Below are positions 9,116 to 18,824 of a DNA stretch of 64,000 bases, in pieces. Each line of letters starts with the position of its first letter. The first letter of the stretch is position 1. The DNA comes from a virus. The stretch is taken from positions 36,845-100,844 of IMG/VR virus record IMGVR_UViG_3300009130_000012; one strand, given 5' to 3'. The translations under genes were made by a program, and so were the position numbers. Under the pieces are notes generated by a model. That model ran no database searches, had not been told where the DNA came from, and worked only from the letters and a program-made list of their open reading frames with translations.

Positions 9116-10330
9116 CTATTTTTTTAATGATTTGTAAAATTCTGCTCTATCGGTAGTAACTTTACTCAACTCATACTTATCTTTAACAGTATTATGTAAG
9201 TTTTCACTCAACATTGTCACTAATTCTGGGTTTTCAATTAACTTCTTAGCGTATTTAGCCCATAATTTATTATCTTTACCATTGGGTATCAAAAATGCAT
9301 TACCTTTTTCATTAATAGTACCACCTCTTTCATAAGCGTTAACTAAATCAATTTTATATGGTCCTACTTCTGAAGCGATTAATGCTTTTTTATGGAATCC
9401 AGACTCAACAACTTTTAATTGAGACTTCATGCAGTTAAATTTATTATTAAATAAGGGAGCTAAAGATACGTCGAATAAATTATAGTTTGTTGCGTATGAA
9501 TTAACTGGTTTTGTCCAGACTCTCCTGTATGGCATATCACCAGCGTTAGGATAATCCTGTTGATTAAAGGATAATAAGTATTGCCTATAAGCTGGGTCAA
9601 CTGTTTTGTATTTATCTGTAAAAATAGTTTCGTACTCAAACCATACTGTTTCTTGTGGCATTAGGTTTCTTTGGGTTTTCTCTCCTGTTTCTGGATTTAT
9701 ATTAGTAACTCTACCTCTTGTGTCGAAACCACATAATACCATTTTCATTTTGTCACTACAATCAGATTTTAGTTTATTAACCATACCGTCTAATAACTTA
9801 ATATCATACTTGTGAGACGACCCACCTAACCAACCAAATCTAAGTTTATCACTATCGGTTGGGTTTGGTACATATTGTGGTTCGTTAATATCAATAGCGT
9901 TAGGTAAGACCACAACGTTTTTATTATATTTTTTAATTTCTTGAGCGAATACCTCGGTTGTTGTAGTCACGTAATCAGCTTTCTTCAAATTATTAACTAT
10001 TTTGTTACCTAATTTACTTTCTTTAATTAGATGATATGCTGGATGTTTCATATCTGGTGACCAATAGTCGTCAACATCCATAATAGTAATAACACCAGAT
10101 TTATTAAGTTTATCAAAAATATCATCCATTAATGGGTAGTCAACAATTGTTTTATGAAAATGAACGATATCGTAGTTAACTAATTCATTTACATCAATAC
10201 CTTCATTAGTAAACTTTATATCAACAAAAAATTCTTTTGGGAATAATTCTTGTAATTTGGTGTGTGGTTTAATTGTTCTAAACCATCCTACACCAGCTCT
10301 ATCACTAGCAATTGCTAAAATTTTAATCAT
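9116..10330 (-). CDS. GT-B (GT4-like) glycosyltransferase
   Basis: GVGWFR, DVDD, VLPNAID, GWLGGSSH, LAPL...FNCMKSQLKVVE and IASEVGPY motifs. Confidence 0.85.
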   Translation of the reverse strand: MIKILAIASDRAGVGWFRTIKPHTKLQELFPKEFFVDIKFTNEGIDVNELVNYDIVHFHKTIVDYPLMDDIFDKLNKSGVITIMDVDDYWSPDMKHPAYHLIKESKLGNKIVNNLKKADYVTTTTEVFAQEIKKYNKNVVVLPNAIDINEPQYVPNPTDSDKLRFGWLGGSSHKYDIKLLDGMVNKLKSDCSDKMKMVLCGFDTRGRVTNINPETGEKTQRNLMPQETVWFEYETIFTDKYKTVDPAYRQYLLSFNQQDYPNAGDMPYRRVWTKPVNSYATNYNLFDVSLAPLFNNKFNCMKSQLKVVESGFHKKALIASEVGPYKIDLVNAYERGGTINEKGNAFLIPNGKDNKLWAKYAKKLIENPELVTMLSENLHNTVKDKYELSKVTTDRAEFYKSLKK

Positions 10331-10381
10331 AATAAAAACTTTTATACTTATATTATACTCTATGTTAAAACTTTTTTAAAT

Positions 10382-10412
10382 AAAAAACCCCATAAAAATA
10401 TGGGGTTAAAAA
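10382..10412. terminator. Hairpin terminator
   Basis: AACCCCATA-aaaa-TATGGGGTT with an A tract on the left, i.e. a U tail on the minus strand. Confidence 0.7.
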
Positions 10413-10437
10413 ACAAACTATGAAAAAATAGATTTAC

Positions 10438-10929
10438 CTATTTACGCTTTACTTTTTTTACTACTTGTTCAGCAACATTTTTTATTACTTGTCCAGAAAA
10501 TAATTTTAACATTTCTTCTCTAACAATTTCTCTAATTTTTTCTTCTGAAACACCTACCAAACCACTTTCATTGATAACTTGTTGTGGCGCTTGTTGAGTA
10601 GATTCTGATGTAACACCAGCTTGTTTAGCTATTTCTGCCGCAACAGCATCGTCATTAGCTACACCACCATTTTGGTTAACTATAATTTGTTTATTTAAAA
10701 ATGATTCCATAATTTCAGCTGGTAATCCAGATTTTTTAATAGCTTCTTCTTTAAATTTTTGTGTACCCATAACTGACTTAGATTGGTACATACTTTTAGG
10801 TATTTCTTTATCCGAGCTAGAAGCTACATTACCTCTAGTCTTTGGGTTTACGGTACCTTCTTTAGCCATGATTTTCATAGCACCACCTAACGCCCCTGTT
10901 AATTTACTTAAATCTACTGGTCCTTCCAT
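10438..10929 (-). CDS. Hypothetical protein (possible head/scaffold-associated)
   Basis: 163-aa ORF with an IREIVREE helical C-terminus, in a unit behind the late-type motif. Confidence 0.6.
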   Translation of the reverse strand: MEGPVDLSKLTGALGGAMKIMAKEGTVNPKTRGNVASSSDKEIPKSMYQSKSVMGTQKFKEEAIKKSGLPAEIMESFLNKQIIVNQNGGVANDDAVAAEIAKQAGVTSESTQQAPQQVINESGLVGVSEEKIREIVREEMLKLFSGQVIKNVAEQVVKKVKRK

Positions 10930-10930
10930 A

Positions 10931-11410
10931 TTAATTTTGTTCTAATTCTTCTTCGTCTTCAACATCACGTTTAAGTAATGATTGATTTTTTTTAATAATA
11001 TCATCAAAGTTTATAATTTTGTAAACAGTGCTCATACTTTTATCACCGTTTTCATTCCATTTTGGAAAGTCTTGACTTAAGTCAGAAATTGGACTATATA
11101 TTTTAAAGTTAGTCGGTTCCATCTTAATAATCTTATCTAAAATAAAGAATTTCCAAGCTGGTTTTTTAGTTTTAGTATCACCAAAAGGTTGGAATGCTCT
11201 AATGACACGGTTATCAGCTTTTGTTAAACCATACGCATAAATATCTATGGTTCGTTTACCAGTATTCTGACCATCACCAGAATCATACCATATATTAATC
11301 CTTTGTCGGTTATTCATTATGTCGATAACCTTATTAGGAGTCATAACACCTTCGGTGATAAGCTCACTTTCACTTATAATATTATTTAATATTTTTTCTA
11401 GTTTAATCAT
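10931..11410 (-). CDS. WYL-domain protein
   Basis: INIWY...GKRTIDIYAYG...IRAFQ...WKFFILDKI pattern of WYL domains; no HTH. Confidence 0.7.
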   Translation of the reverse strand: MIKLEKILNNIISESELITEGVMTPNKVIDIMNNRQRINIWYDSGDGQNTGKRTIDIYAYGLTKADNRVIRAFQPFGDTKTKKPAWKFFILDKIIKMEPTNFKIYSPISDLSQDFPKWNENGDKSMSTVYKIINFDDIIKKNQSLLKRDVEDEEELEQN

Positions 11411-11706
11411 TAAAATGTAACTTCACCAATATTAGCACTTGTATCTGGAGCTTCATATCCTTTATCGCTATTATATTGGTTTCTAGCTTTTAATGTAATT
11501 CTTTCAATCTCATCAGTTTCAGTACCCCCATTATAAGTGTCTAAATAAGCTTCAGTACCCCTACCTTTATTATCACCATCACTTTTAGCGTTAGGGTGAT
11601 TAGCACTATAACCGTTAGAATCATCTGAACTGTTATATTCGTTTCTAGCTATTAATTGTCGTCTAGCTAAAATTGCTGCTTCTTCTAATTTACTTTGTGT
11701 TGCCAT
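11410..11706 (-). CDS. Hypothetical protein with an internal ARN[EQ]YNS repeat
   Basis: 98-aa ORF containing ARNEYNSSD and ARNQYNSDK. Confidence 0.65.
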   Translation of the reverse strand: MATQSKLEEAAILARRQLIARNEYNSSDDSNGYSANHPNAKSDGDNKGRGTEAYLDTYNGGTETDEIERITLKARNQYNSDKGYEAPDTSANIGEVTF

Positions 11707-11717
11707 ATTTTTAAAGT

Positions 11718-12212
11718 TTATTTTTTATCTAGTTTTTCTATTAGGTTAACAATACGCTTTCTAGTTTGTTCGTATGTAACCTCATCATTATAAATATCCC
11801 TTCCTTTTGAAGATTTGTGTACTTTTGGTATTCTAACTTTAGTTGGGTTAACGTTTTGGTCTTTTGTATGAGTCTTAATATAAGCGTTTTCCATACCAGC
11901 ATCTTTCTTAGCTCGTTTAACGTTATTTATTGCCTCTCTAGCGACTTTAAGTGCATTATCGACCCATTTTTGCATTCTATCACCACCATTTAATTTATAC
12001 TCATCATCTGATTTATCACCGTCATAATCGTCAAAGTAATTTTTGATGCGTTTCATTTGTTGGTACGATACTTTGTCACCATCTAATAAATCAGACAAAC
12101 GTTTATACCCTGCAGTGTCTATACTACCATCAAACTTTTCTTTAATTCCTTTTAAATCATTGTAAAGTCCTTCTGGTATTTTAAATTTTCTATCTTTTAA
12201 ATCTTTATTCAT
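11718..12212 (-). CDS. Hypothetical phage protein
   Basis: 164-aa ORF, translationally coupled to the upstream gene. Confidence 0.7.
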   Translation of the reverse strand: MNKDLKDRKFKIPEGLYNDLKGIKEKFDGSIDTAGYKRLSDLLDGDKVSYQQMKRIKNYFDDYDGDKSDDEYKLNGGDRMQKWVDNALKVAREAINNVKRAKKDAGMENAYIKTHTKDQNVNPTKVRIPKVHKSSKGRDIYNDEVTYEQTRKRIVNLIEKLDKK

Positions 12213-12634
12213 TACGATTCTTTAATTTTTTTAATTAATTCATCAATAATCGCATCCGCACCCATCTTTTCAATTTCGGTACTAAGAGATTTAACAATTT
12301 TATTTATTTTACTACTAATATCATCTTTATCTAAAATATCAGAATTTTTAGCTCGGTCTCTTAATACATTTTCGATAGTATCTTTAAGGCTTTCACCAAC
12401 TCTAACTAAACCTCTAGAATAACCAGTTCCACCATAACCATACATATCTCTATGTTGTGACGTTTCTTTTTCAAATTCATCAGTTGTTTGAGTTGTCATG
12501 GTAGTAATTTCACTATCATTGGATAGGTTTTTATCATCACCATCAATCATATTACCTTCAGCATCAACTAACTCTTCAATTTCTTCTTTATGGTTATATT
12601 TTAATAAGTCTTTTTTCTTAATTACCTTTTTCAT
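12212..12634 (-). CDS. Hypothetical phage protein
   Basis: 140-aa ORF preceded by a TATTTAT motif on the minus strand (12653-12659). Confidence 0.7.
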   Translation of the reverse strand: MKKVIKKKDLLKYNHKEEIEELVDAEGNMIDGDDKNLSNDSEITTMTTQTTDEFEKETSQHRDMYGYGGTGYSRGLVRVGESLKDTIENVLRDRAKNSDILDKDDISSKINKIVKSLSTEIEKMGADAIIDELIKKIKES

Positions 12635-12652
12635 GATAAAAGTACTTTATTA

Positions 12653-12684
12653 ATAAATATAATAATAAGTAACAATATATTTAT
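12653..12684. promoter_or_regulatory. Divergent pair of putative late promoters (TATTTAT motif)
   Basis: TATTTAT on minus (12659-12653) and plus (12678-12684), each followed by an A-rich tract and an ATG 15-18 nt later. Confidence 0.6.
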
Positions 12685-12699
12685 ATTAAAAGAAATAAG

Positions 12700-14664
12700 A
12701 TGGGATTCATCACTAAATTAGATTATTCAGACAATAGACAGATACGTCAAAGGGTAGAAACTCAAACTCAACTTTCTGGTGGTACTACATTCGGAGTTCC
12801 TTATACTGAGTTAGTTAGAGGTGTTGATGATTCTACTACTGGGGTGACATCTACTAGTAGTGGTGTGACATCTACTTTTTCTGGTAACACTGGTACTACT
12901 ATATTCTTTTTTGGTGATACTAGAATGGAATTAGCTGGTGCTGATTTAGAACCCATAACACCTAGTAATAGTGGGGACACTCAAAATGCTGGTGTCACAT
13001 ATACTGGTGATACCACGACTATAGTGAATAATAATCAAGTGTTTTTGACGTATACTGGAATTGGTTACAATTTAATAGTAACTAATTTTGAAGAGGTTTC
13101 TGCTGGGAATTATACTGGGGAAACAACAAGTGATTTAACTTTTTATAGTGGTAATACTGCAGATTACACTGGTAGTACTGTATGGTTAACTTCTGAAGAT
13201 TCAGCAAGAGTAAAAGGTGTGTTATATGCTAACGTATTAAGTGCCACTACTATAGTAGGGACAACAATTAGTGGAGTTACTGATAATTTTACTACTGGTT
13301 CAACACTTGTTGGTTCTACTGCGTATTTTAATAGAACTGATAGTCTTAGTGCTTACACTCTTGATTTGTCGTCATTAGTTGTAAATGATAATTTTACTAC
13401 TGGTTCAACACTTGTTGGTAATACGTTGTATTTTAATAGAACTGATAGTCTTTCAGCGTATACTGCTGATTTATCATCACTGGGTGGAGTTTCGTATGGT
13501 GTGTGTGCTGTATATAACTCTGGTGGTACACCAACTTATTATTCTGATTTAAGTGCAGCTATAACTGCTGCTAGTGCTGGAGATACTGTACAAATTTATT
13601 CAGACATTACAGAAACAGGAGCAGTTACTATAACTTGTAAAAACGGTGTTAACATTAACTTCAACGGATTTACTTATACGTTAAACAACGCAGGTACAGA
13701 TAACGCTTTTTCAGTACCTGCTGGTGTGTCAATGGAAATGTTTAACGGTAAGGTTTTAAGGTCAGGTGGAACAGGTTCGGTTTCTAACAGTTTAGCAATT
13801 CACACAACAGGAGCGGGAACATTCAAGGCTAATAACATGGTCTTTGAAAGTGATTTTGGAACTGCTGGACATGTTGGAAATTCTGCGAGAAGTTTTTACG
13901 GTGGAGTTTTTTACAGTTCGGATAGAGGTTTTTATTTAAGTAACGGAAACCTTTATAACGCAATTTGCAACGGTGGAACTAATGCAGGCTTGCAAATACA
14001 AAATAATGGAAAGGCTTATAGTTGTGAAGGTTACTCAAGTAGTAGTTATGGTATTTTCAATAATACTAGTAATGCTTATTTTTGCGTAGGTCGCTCAGAT
14101 GGAAATTACGGTTTTTGGGGTGCTGGTGGAAATTCTCACGATTGTAAAGGTTACTCAACTGCTAACATAGGTACTTACATATCTGCTAGCGGCTCTTTTT
14201 CCAATATTTACGGTTTTTCTTCATCTTCTTATGGTGTGAGAATATTGGGTAATGGCGTAGGGGTTATAGGTTATTCAACGGCTTCTCAAGGGGTTTACTA
14301 TTCTAACGGAGGTGGAAGTAGCCATGTAATCCAAGATGTAAAAGCTTCTTCAACAGCTGCTGCTGGTATGTATATTTTATTAAATGCTGGTAAGGTTGAG
14401 TTTTCTAATTTAGATGTAGGTTCAAGATGGAATGATGTTTCGGGACATGGAATAATAGTTAGTGGTTCTGATAATGATATAATTTTAAATGGAGGTAGTA
14501 TAAGGGTTGAAAATGCTTCAGCTAATTGTTTGTATAATAATGTAGCTAAAAGTTGTTATTTTAATAACCTTAGTTTTGTAAATTCAACAACGGCAGTTAA
14601 TGCTAATATTACAAACTTACAAACTAATACATCTGATGATTACGGTAATATTTTAGTAGGATAA
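12700..14664 (+). CDS. Tail fibre/spike-like protein with a C-terminal beta-helix-like domain
   Basis: T/G/S-rich N-terminus, tandem 35-aa repeat, YYSDLSAAI...GDTV entry into ~21-aa beta-solenoid repeats, and a SDDYGNILVG end. Confidence 0.7.
   Translation: MGFITKLDYSDNRQIRQRVETQTQLSGGTTFGVPYTELVRGVDDSTTGVTSTSSGVTSTFSGNTGTTIFFFGDTRMELAGADLEPITPSNSGDTQNAGVTYTGDTTTIVNNNQVFLTYTGIGYNLIVTNFEEVSAGNYTGETTSDLTFYSGNTADYTGSTVWLTSEDSARVKGVLYANVLSATTIVGTTISGVTDNFTTGSTLVGSTAYFNRTDSLSAYTLDLSSLVVNDNFTTGSTLVGNTLYFNRTDSLSAYTADLSSLGGVSYGVCAVYNSGGTPTYYSDLSAAITAASAGDTVQIYSDITETGAVTITCKNGVNINFNGFTYTLNNAGTDNAFSVPAGVSMEMFNGKVLRSGGTGSVSNSLAIHTTGAGTFKANNMVFESDFGTAGHVGNSARSFYGGVFYSSDRGFYLSNGNLYNAICNGGTNAGLQIQNNGKAYSCEGYSSSSYGIFNNTSNAYFCVGRSDGNYGFWGAGGNSHDCKGYSTANIGTYISASGSFSNIYGFSSSSYGVRILGNGVGVIGYSTASQGVYYSNGGGSSHVIQDVKASSTAAAGMYILLNAGKVEFSNLDVGSRWNDVSGHGIIVSGSDNDIILNGGSIRVENASANCLYNNVAKSCYFNNLSFVNSTTAVNANITNLQTNTSDDYGNILVG
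13281..13482 (+). repeat. Tandem 105-bp (35-aa) repeat, module A; further copies near 39279 and 41043
   Basis: TGATAATTTTACTACTGGTTCAACACTTGTTGGT is identical at 13281 and 13386; it encodes DNFTTGSTLVG..YFNRTDSLSAYT.DLSSL. Confidence 0.9.
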
Positions 14665-14683
14665 TAAATAAAAAATAAATAAA

Positions 14684-14872
14684 ATGACAAAAATATTAAA
14701 TCAAATAGTAGTACAAAATAATGTAGAAGGTATTGAAAAACGTATTATTATTCAATACACTAATGATGTTACAGAAGAAAGTTCACAAGTTATAGTTGAT
14801 TACAACTCATTAACAGCAGAAGAAAAAGCTACTTACGATGCTTTCATTATATTAAATAATTCTAAAATATAA
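14684..14872 (+). CDS. Small fibre-associated protein
   Basis: 62-aa ORF between fibre genes with an A-rich leader. Confidence 0.6.
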   Translation: MTKILNQIVVQNNVEGIEKRIIIQYTNDVTEESSQVIVDYNSLTAEEKATYDAFIILNNSKI

Positions 14873-14878
14873 TAGAAT

Positions 14879-15460
14879 ATGGCAATAACAACAGTAAATA
14901 GTGGAGTTAACCAAAAAAAAGGTATTACATATACTCATATAACAGATTCGTCAGTTGACTGGACTGGTGTTACTAATGATACCTATTTCTATGATAAAGC
15001 TACTGATTTACCATATTATAAGAATTCTGGTGGTACAGTAATATCAGTATTTGAAGGTGGTGCTCCTTCTTTAAATAACGGAGAAGTATTTGTGGGTAAT
15101 GCATCTAATGAAGCTACTTCTGTAGCGATGAGTGGAGATGTTGCCATTACTAACGCTGGTGTTACCACAATACAGTCTGACGCTGTTACTTATGATAAGA
15201 TGCAAGATACTACTCAAGCAGCTTTATTAGGTAACGATAACCCAGCTGGAGGTACAGTTAATGAAATTCCAATAGTTGACCAATATTTAGCAACTGGTAC
15301 AGTAACAGCTTTATTAGAAAATACTTCTAACTGGGATGTAAACGGAAATTACACAGGAGCATCAATAACAGCAACATACCAAGGTCAATCACACTATGAT
15401 GGTAACTATTGGTTTACTGCAGTAGCTGATAACGTTTGGATAAGATTAATTAGAGGATAA
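14879..15460 (+). CDS. Short fibre-related protein with N-terminal module B
   Basis: DSSVDWTGVTNDTYFYDKATDLPYYKNS module; GNASNEATSVAMSGDVAITNAGVTTI fibre repeat. Confidence 0.65.
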   Translation: MAITTVNSGVNQKKGITYTHITDSSVDWTGVTNDTYFYDKATDLPYYKNSGGTVISVFEGGAPSLNNGEVFVGNASNEATSVAMSGDVAITNAGVTTIQSDAVTYDKMQDTTQAALLGNDNPAGGTVNEIPIVDQYLATGTVTALLENTSNWDVNGNYTGASITATYQGQSHYDGNYWFTAVADNVWIRLIRG

Positions 15461-15464
15461 AATT

Positions 15465-17087
15465 ATGGCAGTATTATTAAGAAATAGTGGAGGTCAAGTT
15501 GTTACAAGTTCAGTAGAAAGGGAGAAGTATGTTAGAAATCCCGAATATTTAGATTTACCTACTTTAGTTAATGGGGATGAAAAAATATACTTGTTAGCAA
15601 AAATTTATGAAAATGCTAATTACTTTAGTTTATATGCTACAGGTAATTTTCAAATTGATTGGGGTGATGGACAAGGTGTTCAAACATATACATCAGGTAC
15701 TTATGCTGATTACGAAATAGATTGGAATAACATATCTTCAAGTACTGTAACGACTTATGGATACAGACAAGCCATTATAACAATAGAGCCACAAGCAGGT
15801 GCGAGTTTAACAACTTTTAAATGTGGTATTGGAGCTAATACTAATGACCCTTCTAATTATAACCCTCATATAGTTGATTGTAAAATGGCAGGGCAGAACT
15901 TTACAAGTTTTTATCAGACATTTAGCACTAATTATGGATTAGAACAATTTGAATTTGTTGGAACAGCTCCTAATTTAACTAATGTGCGTCTTATGTTTAA
16001 ATCAAACCCATTTTTGAAAAAGATAGTAAGTTTAGACACTTCAAATGTTACAAATTTTGATGACTTTTTATCATCTTGTGGTGAATTAATAGAAGTACCA
16101 AAATTTGATTTATCAAGTGCTACTAATGTTAATAATATGTTTGAAAACAATAGTAAAATCACATACCTTGAACCTTATGATTTAGATAATGATGCACCTA
16201 ACTTAACGAGTATAATTAATATGTTTGATGGGTTACCACTTGTAAATGTTCCAATAACAAGTGCAAGTAATATCACAAGTTTTTATAGTGCATTTAATGG
16301 AAATAAATTTAAAACATTCAATGTGCCTTGCCCTGCGGCTACTAATACATCTTATATGTTTTATCTAAATAGTGAATTGGAATCAGTTGGAACATCTTTT
16401 CCAAATACAATTACAAGCTCAAATTTTATGTTTGCTAATTGTTCAAAATTAAAAAATATAACACCTTTTGATACTTCAAATATTACAAATTGTTCTTATA
16501 TGTTTTATGGTACAAATTCATTAAAAGATGTGTCTTGGGCAAACTTTACTTCAGCTACAAATACTACTGAGTTATATCAAGCATCAAGAATTGAAAAGAT
16601 AGGTACAATTAATACTTCAGTTACTGTAACAAGTAGTGAAATGTTTTACAATAACAAATATATTATAAACCCCTCATCAATGGATAATGTAAGAGTAAGT
16701 AGGTTGTATAGAATGTTTAGAAGTTGTGTGAATTTAGAGAGAGTTCCATTAATGGATGTTAGTGCTGTAACTGATATCAGGCAATCATTTGGAGCTTGTT
16801 ATAAAATAACTTCATTTCCAGCTTTTGATTTTAGTGGTGTAACTTTATCTGACACTAATACTTTTAGTAATTGTTATAGTTTAAGAGAAAGTAATATTTA
16901 TGGATTAACCAAAACACATAGTTATAATGGGTGTCAATTAGATAGAGATGCTATTGTGAATATCTTTAATAACTTAGGAACAGCAGTATCACAAACTATT
17001 TATGTTCAAAGTAATCCTGGTTCAGCTAATTTAACTGCAGGTGATATAGCAATAGCAACGGGTAAAGGTTGGACAGTAGTAAATTAA
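15465..17087 (+). CDS. BspA/DUF285-like leucine-rich-repeat surface protein
   Basis: IDWGDG, repeated DTSNVTN/DLSSATN..MF..C units and an IATGKGWTV end. Confidence 0.8.
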   Translation: MAVLLRNSGGQVVTSSVEREKYVRNPEYLDLPTLVNGDEKIYLLAKIYENANYFSLYATGNFQIDWGDGQGVQTYTSGTYADYEIDWNNISSSTVTTYGYRQAIITIEPQAGASLTTFKCGIGANTNDPSNYNPHIVDCKMAGQNFTSFYQTFSTNYGLEQFEFVGTAPNLTNVRLMFKSNPFLKKIVSLDTSNVTNFDDFLSSCGELIEVPKFDLSSATNVNNMFENNSKITYLEPYDLDNDAPNLTSIINMFDGLPLVNVPITSASNITSFYSAFNGNKFKTFNVPCPAATNTSYMFYLNSELESVGTSFPNTITSSNFMFANCSKLKNITPFDTSNITNCSYMFYGTNSLKDVSWANFTSATNTTELYQASRIEKIGTINTSVTVTSSEMFYNNKYIINPSSMDNVRVSRLYRMFRSCVNLERVPLMDVSAVTDIRQSFGACYKITSFPAFDFSGVTLSDTNTFSNCYSLRESNIYGLTKTHSYNGCQLDRDAIVNIFNNLGTAVSQTIYVQSNPGSANLTAGDIAIATGKGWTVVN

Positions 17088-17097
17088 ATAAAAGATT

Positions 17098-17271
17098 ATG
17101 TTTTATAAATACATACAAGAAGAAGATATATGGGCTACAGGAAGTAAAATAAGTTTTCCTGACGGTGTGGTTTTATCTTCTGATAACAGAGTAGAAAAGA
17201 ACGGTTGGAAGTGGTATGATACACCTCCAGCTGAATATAATAAATGGTTAGAACAACAACAAAATATTTAA
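17098..17271 (+). CDS. Small 57-aa protein missed by the ORF track
   Basis: Hand translation MFYKYIQEEDIWATGSKISFPDGVVLSSDNRVEKNGWKWYDTPPAEYNKWLEQQQNI*; it fills the gap between two genes almost exactly. Confidence 0.75.
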   Translation: MFYKYIQEEDIWATGSKISFPDGVVLSSDNRVEKNGWKWYDTPPAEYNKWLEQQQNI

Positions 17272-17274
17272 GAT

Positions 17275-17784
17275 ATGAGTGCAACACCAAATGTAAATCT
17301 GTTAAAGATAAAAGGAAATAAATTTGATGCTACCGCCGCACCTACAGCTACTGATGATAGCGCATCTGGGTATTATGTAGGTTCGATTTGGGTTGATGTC
17401 ACAAATGATAGAGTTTATGTATGTGTTGATAACACAGCTACAAGTGCTATTTGGAAACTTATTAGTAAATTGTCAGTACAAGAAACCACCTCTACAGCTA
17501 CATTTACAATAGATGCAGACAAACAAAGTGAGGGAGTATTAACAGCAATGGCAGTAGCCACAACTATAGCGGCTCCAACGGGTAGCCCGTCTCAAGGTCA
17601 AAATTTAATTTTTAGATTTAAAGATGATGGAACATCAAGAACATTGACTTGGAATGCTATATTTAGAGTGATAGGAGTAACTCTACCAACTGCAACAACA
17701 GCAAGTAAAACACTTTACGTTGGTTGTAAGTATAATTCAACAGATACTAAATGGGATGTTGTTGCGGTAAAAGAAGAAGTGTAA
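17275..17784 (+). CDS. Fibre-related protein; C-terminal module F shared with 48860
   Basis: APTATDDSASGYYVGSIW fibre motif; AAPTG.P..G..L.FR.KD.GT.RT...NAIFR...GCKY...TKWD. Confidence 0.7.
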   Translation: MSATPNVNLLKIKGNKFDATAAPTATDDSASGYYVGSIWVDVTNDRVYVCVDNTATSAIWKLISKLSVQETTSTATFTIDADKQSEGVLTAMAVATTIAAPTGSPSQGQNLIFRFKDDGTSRTLTWNAIFRVIGVTLPTATTASKTLYVGCKYNSTDTKWDVVAVKEEV

Positions 17785-17799
17785 AATAATAAAATAAAA

Positions 17800-18081
17800 A
17801 TGATTACGATTATAAGTAAAATTGAATTAGAAGGTACGAATAACCTAAAATATACAGATGTTGGTTATACATCTGATGAAATTATAATTACTCAGATTAA
17901 TGAAAATTATGATAGTACATTAGGTAAGTTTCTGGGTGAAAACAGAACTAAGTTAGAAATAGGAGGGGTATCAATTAGTACATTTTTTGTGTCTAATACC
18001 TACGTAAATGAAGCGAGAGCAACGTTAGAAGATACATCTGAATTAAGTCTAATTGAGATAACAGATATAAATCAATTATAA
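17800..18081 (+). CDS. Hypothetical protein
   Basis: 93-aa ORF within the fibre operon. Confidence 0.65.
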   Translation: MITIISKIELEGTNNLKYTDVGYTSDEIIITQINENYDSTLGKFLGENRTKLEIGGVSISTFFVSNTYVNEARATLEDTSELSLIEITDINQL

Positions 18082-18082
18082 T

Positions 18083-18751
18083 ATGGCAGCACCTGTAAGT
18101 GTAAATAGTTTTAATGCAAACCCAACTCCTGGTAATAATTTTTATCAGTTTAGTTATAACGTTGCGGCTGGTAGTGATAGATTGTTAATCATTCAATTAA
18201 CAATGGCTAACACCGTTAATTATGCGGGTTGTACGTATGATGGAGTCGCAATGACACAATTATATAATAATAATAGAAGTGGATTGAGTCAGCGTATGGC
18301 TTTCTTTTATATTCTTAACCCTAATACGGGAAACAACACTTTAAGAATTAATTTTAGTGCTAACCAATGGAACCCTATTTCTATTCACGTAAGAAATTTC
18401 ACAGGAAGTGGAGGAATTGGAAACAATGGTAGAACAGGGGGGGTAACAACGCCAAATACTCAAACTTTAACGGTGTCTCAAGATAGTAGAGTTATGGGAA
18501 CGGCGTGTTCTTCTAATGTAATAAGTACTATTCAGTTACCGCAAGGGGATAACAGAAGTTTTGCCACTCATAATACCAATAGGCAAGTAGGCACAGGTGC
18601 TATTTCTGCTTCTTCTGGTTTGGCTGCTGGAACATATAATATTAGAACTACGGCTACTTTTGGAAGTATAACTAATGATAGGGTAGAAATATTAGGCTTA
18701 GGTGCTACACCCCCTAGCAGTGATAATGGTGATTTCTTTTTAGTGATGTAA
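18083..18751 (+). CDS. Beta-rich virion surface/adhesin-like protein
   Basis: AGSDRLLII..TYDGVAMTQ pattern; N/T/G-rich. Confidence 0.55.
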   Translation: MAAPVSVNSFNANPTPGNNFYQFSYNVAAGSDRLLIIQLTMANTVNYAGCTYDGVAMTQLYNNNRSGLSQRMAFFYILNPNTGNNTLRINFSANQWNPISIHVRNFTGSGGIGNNGRTGGVTTPNTQTLTVSQDSRVMGTACSSNVISTIQLPQGDNRSFATHNTNRQVGTGAISASSGLAAGTYNIRTTATFGSITNDRVEILGLGATPPSSDNGDFFLVM

Positions 18752-18824
18752 AAACGAATTTAGATTAAAAAATCACATAAATTTTTATAAAAAATAAACT
18801 ATTTATATAAAAACATTTTTAAAA

